A DNA stretch of 64,000 nucleotides from an uncultured Alphaproteobacteria bacterium (GCA_963728585.1 CAVSLB010000006.1:565304-629303), one strand, 5' to 3'. Counted from the stretch's first letter, positions 29,950 to 39,075 are shown. Translations and numbers: made by a program. Notes: generated by a model not told the origin, from the letters alone.

Positions 29950-30594
29950 GTGAAACATATCCGGCCGGCGATTTGGCTATTGTCGCTTTGCCTGAGCGGA
30001 TTGCTTCTGTTTGCTTCCCCTGCAGTTGCTCAAGGACAATACACCGTCAAACCGGTCGCGGAGAAGAAGGTGAAGCAACTTCCGGAAGGGCCACTGTTCT
30101 GGCGGATAGAGAATTTCCCGACACTTGCGCAGGCGCAGGCAGCAGCCGGCGCGGAAGCTTGGAATCCGGATACCGTAAGCTACCAACCGTCAACGGCGCT
30201 TGCCGCCGAGGTTGCCGGCAAGGTCTGGCTATTCACGTTGGGTCCAAAAGGCGGCTCGACGCCGGGAGCCAGCAAGGTGACCGAGGTCGGGCCCGTGCCA
30301 CCGATCAAAGCAGCCGAGTATCTGCTGCGCATCAATCACGGCTACGGTCCGCCGGGCGCCAAGACAGCGGTGCACACTCACCCTGGATCGGAAGCCTTCT
30401 ATGTGGTCGAGGGCCGCTTAGGCCAAAGGACCGCCCATGGAACGAGTCACGTGGAGGCGGGGCAGTTCTTGAACGGACATTCTGCGGACATGCCGATGGA
30501 AATTTCCAACAGCGGCACGACCGAGTTAACGGCCCTGGTCATGTTTGTTGTGGATGCAAGCCGGCCATTCTCTGTTCCGGCCAAGTTTGAATGA
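29950..30594 (+). CDS. secreted cupin-domain protein
   Basis: GTG at 29950, 7 nt after GAGGAG. Signal MKHIRPAIWLLSLCLSGLLLFASPAVAQG. Cupin motif VHTHPGSEAFYVVEG. Confidence 0.65.
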   Translation: MKHIRPAIWLLSLCLSGLLLFASPAVAQGQYTVKPVAEKKVKQLPEGPLFWRIENFPTLAQAQAAAGAEAWNPDTVSYQPSTALAAEVAGKVWLFTLGPKGGSTPGASKVTEVGPVPPIKAAEYLLRINHGYGPPGAKTAVHTHPGSEAFYVVEGRLGQRTAHGTSHVEAGQFLNGHSADMPMEISNSGTTELTALVMFVVDASRPFSVPAKFE

Positions 30595-30692
30595 CGCTTC
30601 GGCGCGTCGGGCGACCCCTTCCGCCAAAATGCCGGTTCCGTCGCGTGTGTACTTTGATTGGGCGTAAGACCCGGGGAACGCAGCGACCGGTG

Positions 30693-30832
30693 TTAAGGTT
30701 GACGCCAAGTGGTCCCGCCGGCAGTCCGCAGGAATTGTAATCTCCATTCAGCCGTGGGGATATGTCCTCGCGTTCCCCGCGGTTAGGGCTGCCGCGGTCT
30801 AGAGGAACCCGGCGGCCCGCTCAGTTCAACAA
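30693..30832 (+). repeat. copy 2 of the ~145 bp structured intergenic repeat
   Basis: TTAAGGTTGACGCCAAGT...GGAATTGTAATCTCCATTCAGCC...GGTTAGGGCTGCCG-loop-CCGGCGGCCCGC. Confidence 0.75.
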
Positions 30833-30898
30833 GGGATCCCCCGCTGTGCCAGGGCACCGGTTCTTTCAAGCCACCAGGGAAGTTTGAGGCGGAGGACT

Positions 30899-31249
30899 TT
30901 ATATCCTGAACTCAGCCCCGGCCACGGAACGCATTCGCGTCCGAACGGCGCCGCCGTCATTGCCGGACTTCACCAAGCACATATTCCCATTGCAGGGTCC
31001 GACTATCTTGCCAACGTGACGGTGACGCCGCGAGCACCAGATCACCATTGCCCCGACTTGCGCCGATGTGGGCCGGCCCCAATTTTTCCAATTGCAGGCA
31101 AGATTATATTTGGTCCCGGGGTCTGAATTGACGAGGTTGTGTCGGGCGAACTGTCCGCACCAGCCACTGCGGGCGGAGGCCTCGGATGTTAACCCGACTA
31201 ACGCGACAGTCATAAGTACGAGGTACGCTTTGTACGCCTTCATAATCAT
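30899..31249 (-). CDS. CHAP/NlpC-P60-like secreted cysteine peptidase domain protein
   Basis: Signal MIMKAYKAYLVLMTVALVGLTSEASA. Putative catalytic Cys in GWCGQF and His in HRHVGKIV. Confidence 0.5.
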   Translation of the reverse strand: MIMKAYKAYLVLMTVALVGLTSEASARSGWCGQFARHNLVNSDPGTKYNLACNWKNWGRPTSAQVGAMVIWCSRRHRHVGKIVGPCNGNMCLVKSGNDGGAVRTRMRSVAGAEFRI

Positions 31250-31406
31250 ATCCTCGCTATTGTGAAATTTCGCGAGAACCCGCACGCCGCCTGATTGTTT
31301 GGGTGCCTCGCTTTTGCCTAAAACTTTCGCGTAACGGCTGCGGCGTCTATTTGTTCCGGCATTCGCACTGCGCCGCCCTGCCTCCCGGGGCGCTCATTAT
31401 TATTGA

Positions 31407-31634
31407 TTATTGCTGCGCGTTCCATGCGGCCCTAAACGCGTTCATCGCATCCCTGCGGGTCGGCTGAAATCCCTCATGCGGCCCTTTGCCGTGCCGCAGC
31501 GAAAATTGAATAGTCCAACACCACGACAGGTCCTGCGGGCCGGAACTTGAACGGAAGATCCGGCCAACGGGTTTGCCGCTATCGAGCGCGACGAGGAAAA
31601 AGTCGAGCCTTTCGTCAGGCTTAAGAAGACGCAT
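31407..31634 (-). CDS. small conserved hypothetical protein
   Basis: ...WCWTIQFSLRHGKGPHEGFQPTRRDAMNAFRAAW resembles a small-protein family common in Hyphomicrobiales. That is from memory, not searched. Confidence 0.45.
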   Translation of the reverse strand: MRLLKPDERLDFFLVALDSGKPVGRIFRSSSGPQDLSWCWTIQFSLRHGKGPHEGFQPTRRDAMNAFRAAWNAQQ

Positions 31635-31705
31635 GGGGTGACTGCTAGGCCGTAGGCTCGTTACGTTACTTCTCGCGTGGGAAGCCGGGGGAAGACCACG
31701 GGCAA

Positions 31706-31736
31706 GAGAAAAAGCCCCGGGTTTGCCACCGGGGCT
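31706..31736 (-). terminator. rho-independent terminator (minus strand)
   Basis: The minus strand reads AGCCCCGG-N8-CCGGGGCT followed by TTTTTCTC. Confidence 0.55.
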
Positions 31737-31913
31737 TTAACGCTTCGCCAGGCACGAGGGGTTTGGGGAGCAACCGCCTGACGCGTCGCTATTATGCGGC
31801 AATGCGGAAGGCCCTGTGATAACAAGCCCGTGAGTTGGAAAAAGCTTTGGCCCGCGGCGCTGGCCTTGGTCGAGCCGTCTGCCGCCGTGCCAGGCTGCGC
31901 GGGCCGGCCGCCT

Positions 31914-32072
31914 TTATCCCGCCATCCAGCCAACGAGCGCCAGGACGCCATAACCGATCAGCACAAACCACGCCACCGTGAGCGTAATCGCCGACGTAAC
32001 TGTCAGCAGCGCTATGATTATGACAATCAGACGGGCTTTGCGGTCCGGGGGATCAGCGGAGCCTTTGTCCAT
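31914..32072 (-). CDS. tiny membrane protein (52 aa), paralogue of 40117-40278
   Basis: MDKGSADPPDRKARLIVIIIALLTVTSAITLTVAWFVLIGYGVLALVGWMAG aligns with MDKGSADPHQDRKVRLIILSVGLLTAALAIALTVAWFSLLGYGVVTLLDFIAG. Confidence 0.55.
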   Translation of the reverse strand: MDKGSADPPDRKARLIVIIIALLTVTSAITLTVAWFVLIGYGVLALVGWMAG

Positions 32073-32450
32073 ATTCGGCTTTTTTCCAGGGCACCTGTTC
32101 TGGTTGCTATGATCAAGCCATGCGGCCGTAGAGCACCCCCTTACGAAAGCCATTAAACTTAATGCACATTCTTCTCCTGCCAACGCGGGGCGAGCAGGGA
32201 GGAAGAAACGGCGACGGATGCTCAAGTTTTAGCCGCCCGCATGCAGCTAAGTGCGACACGAACCTCGAGGCGTTTCTCGAGTTGCTTGAGATAACTAGGT
32301 TTTGTAACGCCTTAAGCTGGCGGCCGCCGACATGGCAACTGCACTCGGTAAGTGCTATATCTGACATATCACCGGCAGTGGCTTTGCCCCAGGCGTCGGT
32401 GACTGAGAGACGCGACCGCGCTCCCGCCTCGAAGAGGAATGGAGAGCTTC

Positions 32451-33179
32451 ATGAGTTTCGTCACCCAACCGTTTCCTGCAATCGCTGAATTCGGGGAGAC
32501 TTCGCAGTCCTCCGCCCGCACCTACGAGACGTGGAGCTCGCCCATTCCGCTATCCTGTTTGACGTCGGTCACGAGATCGAGCGCATCTATTTCCCAAGCG
32601 CTGGCGTAGTCTCCCTCGTTGTGGTGCTGACAACAGGGGAGATAATAGAAGCCGGGATGATTGGCCCGGATGGCGTGGTCGGCACGTCGGCCGCCCTTCA
32701 CGGCGGGATCGCCCTCTATCGCGCGGTCGTGCAGATTCAAGGCACTGCTTCATACATCGACGCGACGTCGGCGAGGGCAGCAGTCACCACCAGCAAATCA
32801 CTACGACTTCAAACTCTACGAGCAAGATCAACTGCTGCTCGCGCAGGCGCAGCAGTCGGCTGCTTGCAATGCCACGCACAACATAGAGGAACGCCTTTGC
32901 CGATGGCTGCTGCGGACACGCGACCTCGTGGGAGGGGACGTATTTGCGCTCACGCAAGAGTTCATGGCGCAGATGCTCGGCGTTCGCCGCACCGGCGTAA
33001 CCTTGGCCGCGCACCATCTGCAGAAGATCGGGCTAATCGAATACCAACGCGGTCAGGTTCGGATACTCGATGCGGAAGGGCTGCAAGAAGCAGCCTGCGA
33101 ATGTCACGGGGCCTTCAAAGACCTAGCTGCGCGCTTGCTCGCCGGTGCGCCCACGCCCCGCCTGTCCCTCGTGCCGTAA
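32451..33179 (+). pseudogene. Crp/Fnr family regulator with three +1 frameshifts (~32465, ~32497, ~32812)
   Basis: Frames run 0 -> 1 -> 2 -> 0: MSFVT / NRFLQSLNSG / DFAVLRPHLRDVELAHSAILFDVGHEIERIYFPSAGVVSLVVVL...AAVTTSKSLRLQ / LYEQDQLLLAQAQQSAACNATHNIEERLCRWLLRTRD... It is colinear with the intact paralogue at 34133-34852. Confidence 0.8.
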
Positions 33180-33320
33180 AACAGGGGTTTGCACAGGCCC
33201 GGCGACGGCTCCGAATCATCCACGACCGTTGCCGGTTCCATGAGCTGCCCGCGCGGTGCCTGGCTGCGCAGAGACCTTTTCCTCTTCTTGTTCCGCGTGC
33301 GCGGCAGCTTTCGTTTGCCG

Positions 33321-33360
33321 AAATAAAAAAGGCCCCCATCCCATGGTGGAAATGGGGGCC
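33321..33360 (-). terminator. rho-independent terminator (minus strand)
   Basis: GGCCCCCA-N14-TGGGGGCC, with an A-run on the plus side that is a T-run on the minus strand. Confidence 0.5.
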
Positions 33361-33646
33361 TGCGAGGTTTTCTAGGGAAGAAAATTCCCTAGGGCTACTT
33401 AGCATCGCTCCATTTGCCGGAGAAATAAAGAGGCTTTTACCTCGCGCTCGGCCGACGCAGTTTGCCAACTTTTGTTAGGATTTGTCCGGGATCAGACAGA
33501 CTGCGGGCCGATAATTTGCGAGGTTAAGGGGCTCGGGCGGTTGGGTGCCCCTTGCATTTGCCCCCTAACTTGTACGCCCTGCGTTCCTCCCGAACTCAGC
33601 CCCGGTCGCAGCCGGGGCTTTTTCGTAAGGTTGCTTTTCATCGAAC

Positions 33647-33800
33647 CTAAAATGTGCCGACTTCTACGCGCATATACGCGGCGGCGTTGTTGTTCTTCGT
33701 CTTTATCCAGCATTTGGCGCGGCCTGAGCGATAGGGCGAGTCAATACGCTTTGACACGATGCCCTCCAGCCCGAGCCGGCAAGCGGGTCCGTGCCTCGAC
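33647..33800 (-). pseudogene. C-terminal fragment of an ATP-dependent DNA ligase (LigD ligase domain)
   Basis: ...ACRLGLEGIVSKRIDSPYRSGRAKCWIKTKN matches the conserved C-terminal ligase/OB motif region. Nothing ligase-like lies upstream. Confidence 0.6.
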
Positions 33801-33876
33801 ATTAATGTGCCCCTTAGCTTAGTGTGATGCGGCAAATAGGAACGTCGTCCGCGATAGTGGATTATGCTCCGCAGGA

Positions 33877-34125
33877 ATGACAATGGCACGGTACTATTTC
33901 CACCTTATCGGTGCATCCACGTGGCAGGCCTCTGACCCTGAGGAGTTTCCGGATGATGAAGCTGCCGCTGCGGATGGCCGCCAAGTCGCCCGCGATATGG
34001 CTGCGAACCGGCGTCCGAGTGAGCTGGGTCGCCGTGGGATACTGCGGGTGACCGACCAGGACGGAGTGGAAATACTGGCCCTCCAGCTTTCCGAAGCGTT
34101 CGCTGCGCACACCGATGTCAAGTAG
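33877..34125 (+). CDS. DUF6894 family protein
   Basis: MARYYFHLIGAS...PDDEAAAADGRQVARDMAA...ILRVTDQDGVEILALQL fits the DUF6894 pattern as I recall it. Confidence 0.6.
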   Translation: MTMARYYFHLIGASTWQASDPEEFPDDEAAAADGRQVARDMAANRRPSELGRRGILRVTDQDGVEILALQLSEAFAAHTDVK

Positions 34126-34132
34126 CCCCTCT

Positions 34133-34852
34133 TCAGGGCGCCGAGGCAATTTCAACTCGCGGTATCATTCGCGCCGCCTGGGCCTTGACCGCCTCATGAC
34201 ACTCGCACGCGGCCTCCTGCAGCGCTTCCACGTCCACGACTTGAATTAGCCCCCGGCGGTACTTGATCAGTTTCGCTGCCTGCAAATTGCGAGCGGCCAA
34301 AGTCACGCTGGTGCGCCGCACGCCCAGCATCTGCGCAATGTATTCCTGCGTCAGAGGCAGGGTGTCTTCGCCAACAAGGTCGCGCGTTCTGAGAAGCCAA
34401 CGGCAGAGCCGTTCTTCCACGTCATGCTTAGCGTTGCAGGCTGCTGATTGTTGCGCCTGAGCCATCAGTATCTGGTCGTGCTGGTAAAGCTTTTTGCGCA
34501 ATGCTCTGCTGGCCGTGACAGCCGCCTGGGCGTGAACCATGTCGATCACCGATCCGGCGCCTTCAATCTGCACAACCGCTCGGTTAAGCGCGACAGCATC
34601 ATCGAGTGCCGCCGCGGTGCCCACCACACCATCGCGGCCAATCATTCCGGCCTCGATGAGGTCGCCGTCGGCCAGCACCACGACTAGCGAGATCACACCG
34701 GAATGGGGGAAATACAGATGGGGGATTTTGCCGCCCACATCGAACAAGACCTTGGAATGTTCGAGCTTCACGTCATGCAGGTGCGGCCGGAGAAGCTCGA
34801 AATCGCCGTTGGTGAGGGACCGTAGGAAGCCGTTCGGCGGTCTGTTTGTCAT
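34133..34852 (-). CDS. Crp/Fnr family transcriptional regulator
   Basis: MTNRPPNGFLRSLTNGDFELLRPHL...AACNAKHDVEERLCRWLLRTRD...TQEYIAQMLGVRRTSVTLAARNLQAAKLI. Confidence 0.85.
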   Translation of the reverse strand: MTNRPPNGFLRSLTNGDFELLRPHLHDVKLEHSKVLFDVGGKIPHLYFPHSGVISLVVVLADGDLIEAGMIGRDGVVGTAAALDDAVALNRAVVQIEGAGSVIDMVHAQAAVTASRALRKKLYQHDQILMAQAQQSAACNAKHDVEERLCRWLLRTRDLVGEDTLPLTQEYIAQMLGVRRTSVTLAARNLQAAKLIKYRRGLIQVVDVEALQEAACECHEAVKAQAARMIPRVEIASAP

Positions 34853-35162
34853 GCGCTCCATCCCTTCCAGGGCGGGAGCGCTGTCGCGTCTCTCAGGCAC
34901 CGGCGGCCAAGTTAAGATGCCCGGTGATGCATCCGATATACGCTCTTTCGCTCGAATAGATAGGGCAGCACAGGGTCAGTGTGTGCGCTATCAGACAGAG
35001 CCTGTGAACTCCTTAAGCCCAGAGATACTGACCATAGGCACTGTTCTACTTCGGGTTTTGCGTGTCCTTCACAAAAATGCGGATGTGTCACTTAACGATC
35101 AGACGACGAAAACTTCCCGCGATTAGGGTCACAACAGGGTGCAAAATATTGCCGGTGACGTG

Positions 35163-35372
35163 ATGTTGAAATCAGAATTTTACATCGCGCGGGCCTTTAA
35201 ATTGGAGGCCGCAGCGAAGCAAGCATCCGACCCGAAAACCCGGGCGGTTCTGATAGAACTAGCGCTTAGATTTCACGAAATGGCTAATTTGGCCAGCGGC
35301 GGCAATTCCAAAGGCGACGATGTAGTGAAGCTTACCGAGCGTATGGTTGGAAAGACCGCCGGCCAGCATTAG
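35163..35372 (+). CDS. small helical protein, family member 2
   Basis: FYIARAFKLEAAAKQASDPKTRAVLIELALRFHEMANLA. The C-terminal ERMVG is shared with 8921-9133. Confidence 0.5.
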   Translation: MLKSEFYIARAFKLEAAAKQASDPKTRAVLIELALRFHEMANLASGGNSKGDDVVKLTERMVGKTAGQH

Positions 35373-35424
35373 CTCTCGGTTGCACTATCGGGATCGCTGC
35401 CATCGTGCGTGAGCAATAGAAAAA

Positions 35425-35458
35425 GGACCTCCGTTTTGGCCATCCGGAGGCCCTTTTT
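35425..35458 (+). terminator. rho-independent terminator
   Basis: GGACCTCCG-N11-CGGAGGCCC followed by TTTTT. Confidence 0.55.
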
Positions 35459-35766
35459 GGCAGCCGAGTACACAACACACAGAGAGAAAACGGCTGCCTG
35501 GGGGAACAGCCACTGTCCCGTTGCTGTCTAGGTAAGGCGCGTCGGAACGTGAGTCTGTTCGCTCCGTGACAGTAGTAGCCGGATTGGCGTTCAAACAATC
35601 GAGAGGCGAGAAGCAGTAACGAAATGGTACTGTCATATAGCGAACAGACAGCGCCTTCTGGCAAGCCACGTTTACCGTGCGGTCGAGGATCAAATGGCCG
35701 CAAACGCTGAACGATGGACTACTGAGCTACTCGGCAGGCCGACCCGAACTGCCGTGCGGGGCGAGA

Positions 35767-35880
35767 ATGAAGCTCGCGCGGATCGTGCCTCATCTCATTA
35801 TTCGGCACGCTGAACTTCGCACCTACGAATGCGCAGAATGCGGCGACACTCTCGCCAAGACATTCCGCGACGATAGGTAA
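35767..35880 (+). CDS. small zinc-ribbon-like protein (possibly a truncated N-terminal half)
   Basis: MKLARIVPHLIIRHAELRTYECAECGDTLAKTFRDDR resembles the C-terminal half of 28494-28685. Confidence 0.35.
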   Translation: MKLARIVPHLIIRHAELRTYECAECGDTLAKTFRDDR

Positions 35881-36030
35881 TACTGGACGCCGCCCCCCTC
35901 TTGCGCGTCCAGTTAGGCCCCGGCACCGTGTCGGGGCTCTTTTTTTGTTCGCAAGCTGCGCAGGCTAATCTGCATTATGAGCGTTCTCGGAACCATCGTT
36001 CTGCGTCCCACCGGCTTCGCCAGCCGGATT
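35860..36030 (+). repeat. ~172 bp repeated module, copy 1 (gene 3' end, hairpin, then terminator)
   Basis: ...taatactggacgc-N-gcgtccagtt.ggccccgg-N-cggggct-T7..gttcgcaagctgcg..ggctaatct.cat... is repeated at 36933-37107. Confidence 0.75.
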
Positions 36031-36417
36031 TCGAAGTGATCTACAAAGACCCTGACGGGCGGGAGCCGACCGAGCCGGTAGTTACTGCTCGGATCGGCGG
36101 CGCGGTGGATTAATTGAAATGGGGCGAGAGTGAACTTTTGGGTTATTAGGCGGTTAACATTTGCAAGCGCAGAACCCTCCTGTGTGCCGTGAAGTCGCCT
36201 CGCCTCGGTCAATCCACCTGACCGGGGCGTTGCTTTTCGAGTGTCCTAATTTCCCCATGGCGGGTGTCCTAATCGCTCGGGTGGAGTCCGAAACCGTACC
36301 GTCAAGCGATCAGCGGCGATTTAACATTGCTTATCGCCGACAGCAGCTACCAAGCCCAGGCGTCGGTTGACTGAGAGACCGATTTGCGCTCCCGCCTGGA
36401 AGTAGGGAGCCAAACCC

Positions 36418-36624
36418 ATGGCCGACAATCTAACCAGTCTGTACAAGTCACCACCAGCACTCGACGAACATATCGTGGTCCTGCAAAGCGAAATCCAAAA
36501 GCAAGAATCAACTCTGGCGAGCCTTACCGGCGATGGTCATGAGACCGCAGACGCCAAAAGGCGTCTGGTCAATTTGCTGACAACGCTCAACGCTCTTTTG
36601 CAGATGAAAATTAAAGCAAGGTAG
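36418..36624 (+). CDS. small coiled-coil hypothetical protein
   Basis: 68 aa ORF preceded by the conserved leader motif and GGGAG. Confidence 0.45.
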   Translation: MADNLTSLYKSPPALDEHIVVLQSEIQKQESTLASLTGDGHETADAKRRLVNLLTTLNALLQMKIKAR

Positions 36625-36728
36625 GCCGCCTCAGTTGGTGGCTCCTTTCATTGTTAACAAAGATGCAAAATTAAGGTCAGTGCGCTAACCATGTTGCGCG
36701 CGGCTGGCGTGCTGCTATCTTCCCGAAA

Positions 36729-36902
36729 ATGAAGAAGCAGATTGACCAGTACGTAGAGATAGCGGAGCAGTTTGAGGGCAAGGCCGACAATGCCGAGGAC
36801 GCCACACTCAAACTCACTTACAGAGAGCTTGCTCGCAGATTTCGGATGCTGGCCGACCATGAGAGAGCACAAGGGCTCGTGCGGATAGATGCCGCAAGTT
36901 GA
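36729..36902 (+). CDS. small helical protein, family member 3 (57 aa, below the ORF-track cutoff)
   Basis: MKKQIDQYVEIAEQFEGKADNAEDATLKLTYRELARRFRMLADHERAQGLVRIDAAS*, translated by hand. Confidence 0.45.
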   Translation: MKKQIDQYVEIAEQFEGKADNAEDATLKLTYRELARRFRMLADHERAQGLVRIDAAS

Positions 36903-36932
36903 AGCCGCCTCGTCCGGTCACACCTTCGTTCG

Positions 36933-37107
36933 AACATTCGATTGCGATTAGTAATACTGGACGCCCCCTAGCCCCCTCGTGCGTCCAGTTTGGCCCCGGC
37001 TCGGTGTCGGGGCTTTTTTTTGGTTCGCAAGCTGCGGTGGCTAATCTACATCTATGACCTCTCGGAAACCATCGTTCTGCGACCCAACGATTTCAGCCAG
37101 CCCGATT
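36933..37107 (+). repeat. ~172 bp repeated module, copy 2
   Basis: Aligns with 35860-36030. Includes the terminator GGCCCCGG-N8-CGGGGC plus T8 (36991-37021). Confidence 0.75.
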
Positions 37108-37237
37108 AACCGATGCCATCCTAAATGCGCGCGGCCTCAGACTCGCGTCTGTCCCAGTAAATAAGGCGAGCGCCAGGCGGCCCTACGCCTGCCGACGCCG
37201 TTTTACAACCTCGCAATATCTGGTAACATCGCGGTGT

Positions 37238-37603
37238 TTGTGGCCAAGATGCCGTGGTGACGAAACGCCGCTGGAACTGTCCTTGGCTCAAATGAATTAT
37301 AGATACCTGTTGGCGCTACCGGGGCTGCTCATGCCGCGCTTTTGCGCACGCGATGAAAGAGGATGGCTGGTGCCTACGCGCGGCACGATGGCGCGCACCG
37401 TCTACGACGTGTTGGTAGCTGCGGAGCAATGTGAAGAAGCGTTCAAGTCTGCGGTTCTGGCCCGGTTGCTCGGCACCACCGTCAATACCGTGCAAGCGAC
37501 GGTTTGGCGAATACGGCGCGGCGCCAGATCGGCCCGGCGTTCTCGACCCGCTCGGGTCAAGATCAAATGGACGCACTCTTCACCGCCCCACATGGATGCT
37601 TAG
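37238..37603 (+). CDS. hypothetical protein with a possible HTH (LARLLGTTVNTVQATVWRIRR)
   Basis: ORF only, weak support. Confidence 0.3.
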   Translation: MWPRCRGDETPLELSLAQMNYRYLLALPGLLMPRFCARDERGWLVPTRGTMARTVYDVLVAAEQCEEAFKSAVLARLLGTTVNTVQATVWRIRRGARSARRSRPARVKIKWTHSSPPHMDA

Positions 37604-37663
37604 CCAGCGACCTATAACCGCCAAGGCCCAGTTCCCCCGCCTGGAGGCCTTTTGCGTCCAGAG

Positions 37664-37812
37664 TTAAGGTTGACGCCAAGTCTTCATGCCGGCGATCCGC
37701 TGGAATTGTAATCTCGCAGTCAGCCATGGGTACATGTTCCCCGTAACCCTATGGTTAGGGCCGCCGGGCTGACCCCGAGAATGCCTCCGGCGGCCCGCCC
37801 GGTTGCGATCGA
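37664..37812 (+). repeat. copy 3 of the ~145 bp structured intergenic repeat
   Basis: TTAAGGTTGACGCCAAGT...GGAATTGTAATCTCGCAGTCAGCC...GGTTAGGGCCGCCGG-N19-CCGGCGGCCCGC. Confidence 0.75.
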
Positions 37813-38578
37813 ATTGATGAACTCTGTTCGGGCCGCTCGCATTTTGCAGCGACACGCGTCGTTACGAACCGGATCCAATTGCGGCGCTTGACTGTCACGC
37901 GCGCCTCCTTGGCGATTGAACATTGCCGGAAAAGAATTTAGCTGTCCGCCATTCAAGGCAGGCTGGCGCCACCCGGTGCAGGATGCGTTAGGAACGTGCC
38001 GTCTTGCAACCCGCATATAGTTGAGCGCCTCGGCCTTGTCCCTGCGAGCGTTGAGACGCCCGAAGAAGCCAAGGGGCATGGTGCGAGTGCTTGGATTCCG
38101 CAGACACGCCGCACTATCACTGGGCTTCGCCCTCATTAGCGAGGGCGAAGTCGATCCTTGCACCGTGGGCCAGACAGTGACGTGCTTCCCTCGGACACAA
38201 CTTCTCTAAGAAACATCCCTCCAGAAGTGCCACCCAGAGTACACGGCATGACCATGTTTTTTCCCGCGCTGAAAAGGGGTCAATGGCGGTTTAGCGCTCA
38301 AGTCGGCGCTCCGGCCGGCAACACCACTGCCAATGTGGACTTCCGCACGTTCCTGGTGCAGGCGTATTAGAAATAGCGCCGCGCGCTAAACGTATGCACG
38401 GCCGCGCCGGTTCACGCTGGCGCGGCATGCAGCCCTGATGCCCTGGAGATGTTTGGCACCCAGCGCGAGGCCGCCTAATCATGCAAGCGGGATCGCGTTT
38501 GCCCCCAATCGACGCCAGTGCGGCGCGCGCGTCGGCCACGCCAAGGCCTGAAGGCGAGCGCCCAACGTGCAGCGCGAG

Positions 38579-38767
38579 CTAGCGCCAGCTGGTCTCCGCC
38601 TGCCGCGCCAAGCCATCCCATGTCGTGGCCAGGTCGAGATACTTCTGCCGGATCGTCTGTTGGTCTTCTGACTGTCCGGCCTGTTGCCGGCAATACTCTG
38701 CCTGCGCCCGATAATACGGGGGATCTCTGAGGCCATTTTCGTCGCGAGGCAGGTTTAATGATGCCAT
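38579..38767 (-). CDS. small helical protein, family member 4
   Basis: YYRAQAEYCRQQAGQSEDQQTIRQKYLDLATTWDGLARQA. Confidence 0.5.
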   Translation of the reverse strand: MASLNLPRDENGLRDPPYYRAQAEYCRQQAGQSEDQQTIRQKYLDLATTWDGLARQAETSWR

Positions 38768-39008
38768 ACGGGCACCAAAGCAATAGCGTCAAAAAAGTTC
38801 AGGGGCGAAGGAGAAATTGGATAATGAAAGATGAAAGGCAGTCCCACCATTCACACGCGAGGCTTTATTTGCAGCCCGGCCCCAGTGCCAATCTGCCGGC
38901 ATGGCCCCACCCGGAACCGTCGTTCTTCGCCCAACGACGAGTTCGGCCAGCCGGACTCCGGACCGGTCGGCGGCCTTTCGGCCACAGTCGGCAGGCATGG
39001 AGAGTATG

Positions 39009-39049
39009 CAAAGCAAAAGGAGCCCCAAGGCTCAACTTTCGGGGGCTCC
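39009..39049 (-). terminator. rho-independent terminator for 39076-39585
   Basis: The minus strand reads GGAGCCCC-N14-GGGGCTCC followed by TTTTGCTTT. Confidence 0.6.
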
Positions 39050-39075
39050 CTTCGATGCGTCAAGCAGCCGTGACT

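Noticed and set aside
32387-32450. TPP riboswitch, because of the CTGAGAGA core
   Set aside because: The other conserved TPP elements (the ACCTGATCTGGATAATGCCAGCG-type pyrimidine-sensor helix and the P1 closing stem) are absent. The downstream genes are unrelated to thiamine.
37664-37712. A sigma70 promoter inside the structured repeat (TTGACG ... TAATCT)
   Set aside because: The spacer between the two hexamers is ~33 nt, far from the 16-18 nt needed.
37720-38163. 147-aa minus-strand ORF
   Set aside because: Its 3' third is the structured repeat (copy 3) read in frame, and the rest has no recognisable features. It is left unannotated.
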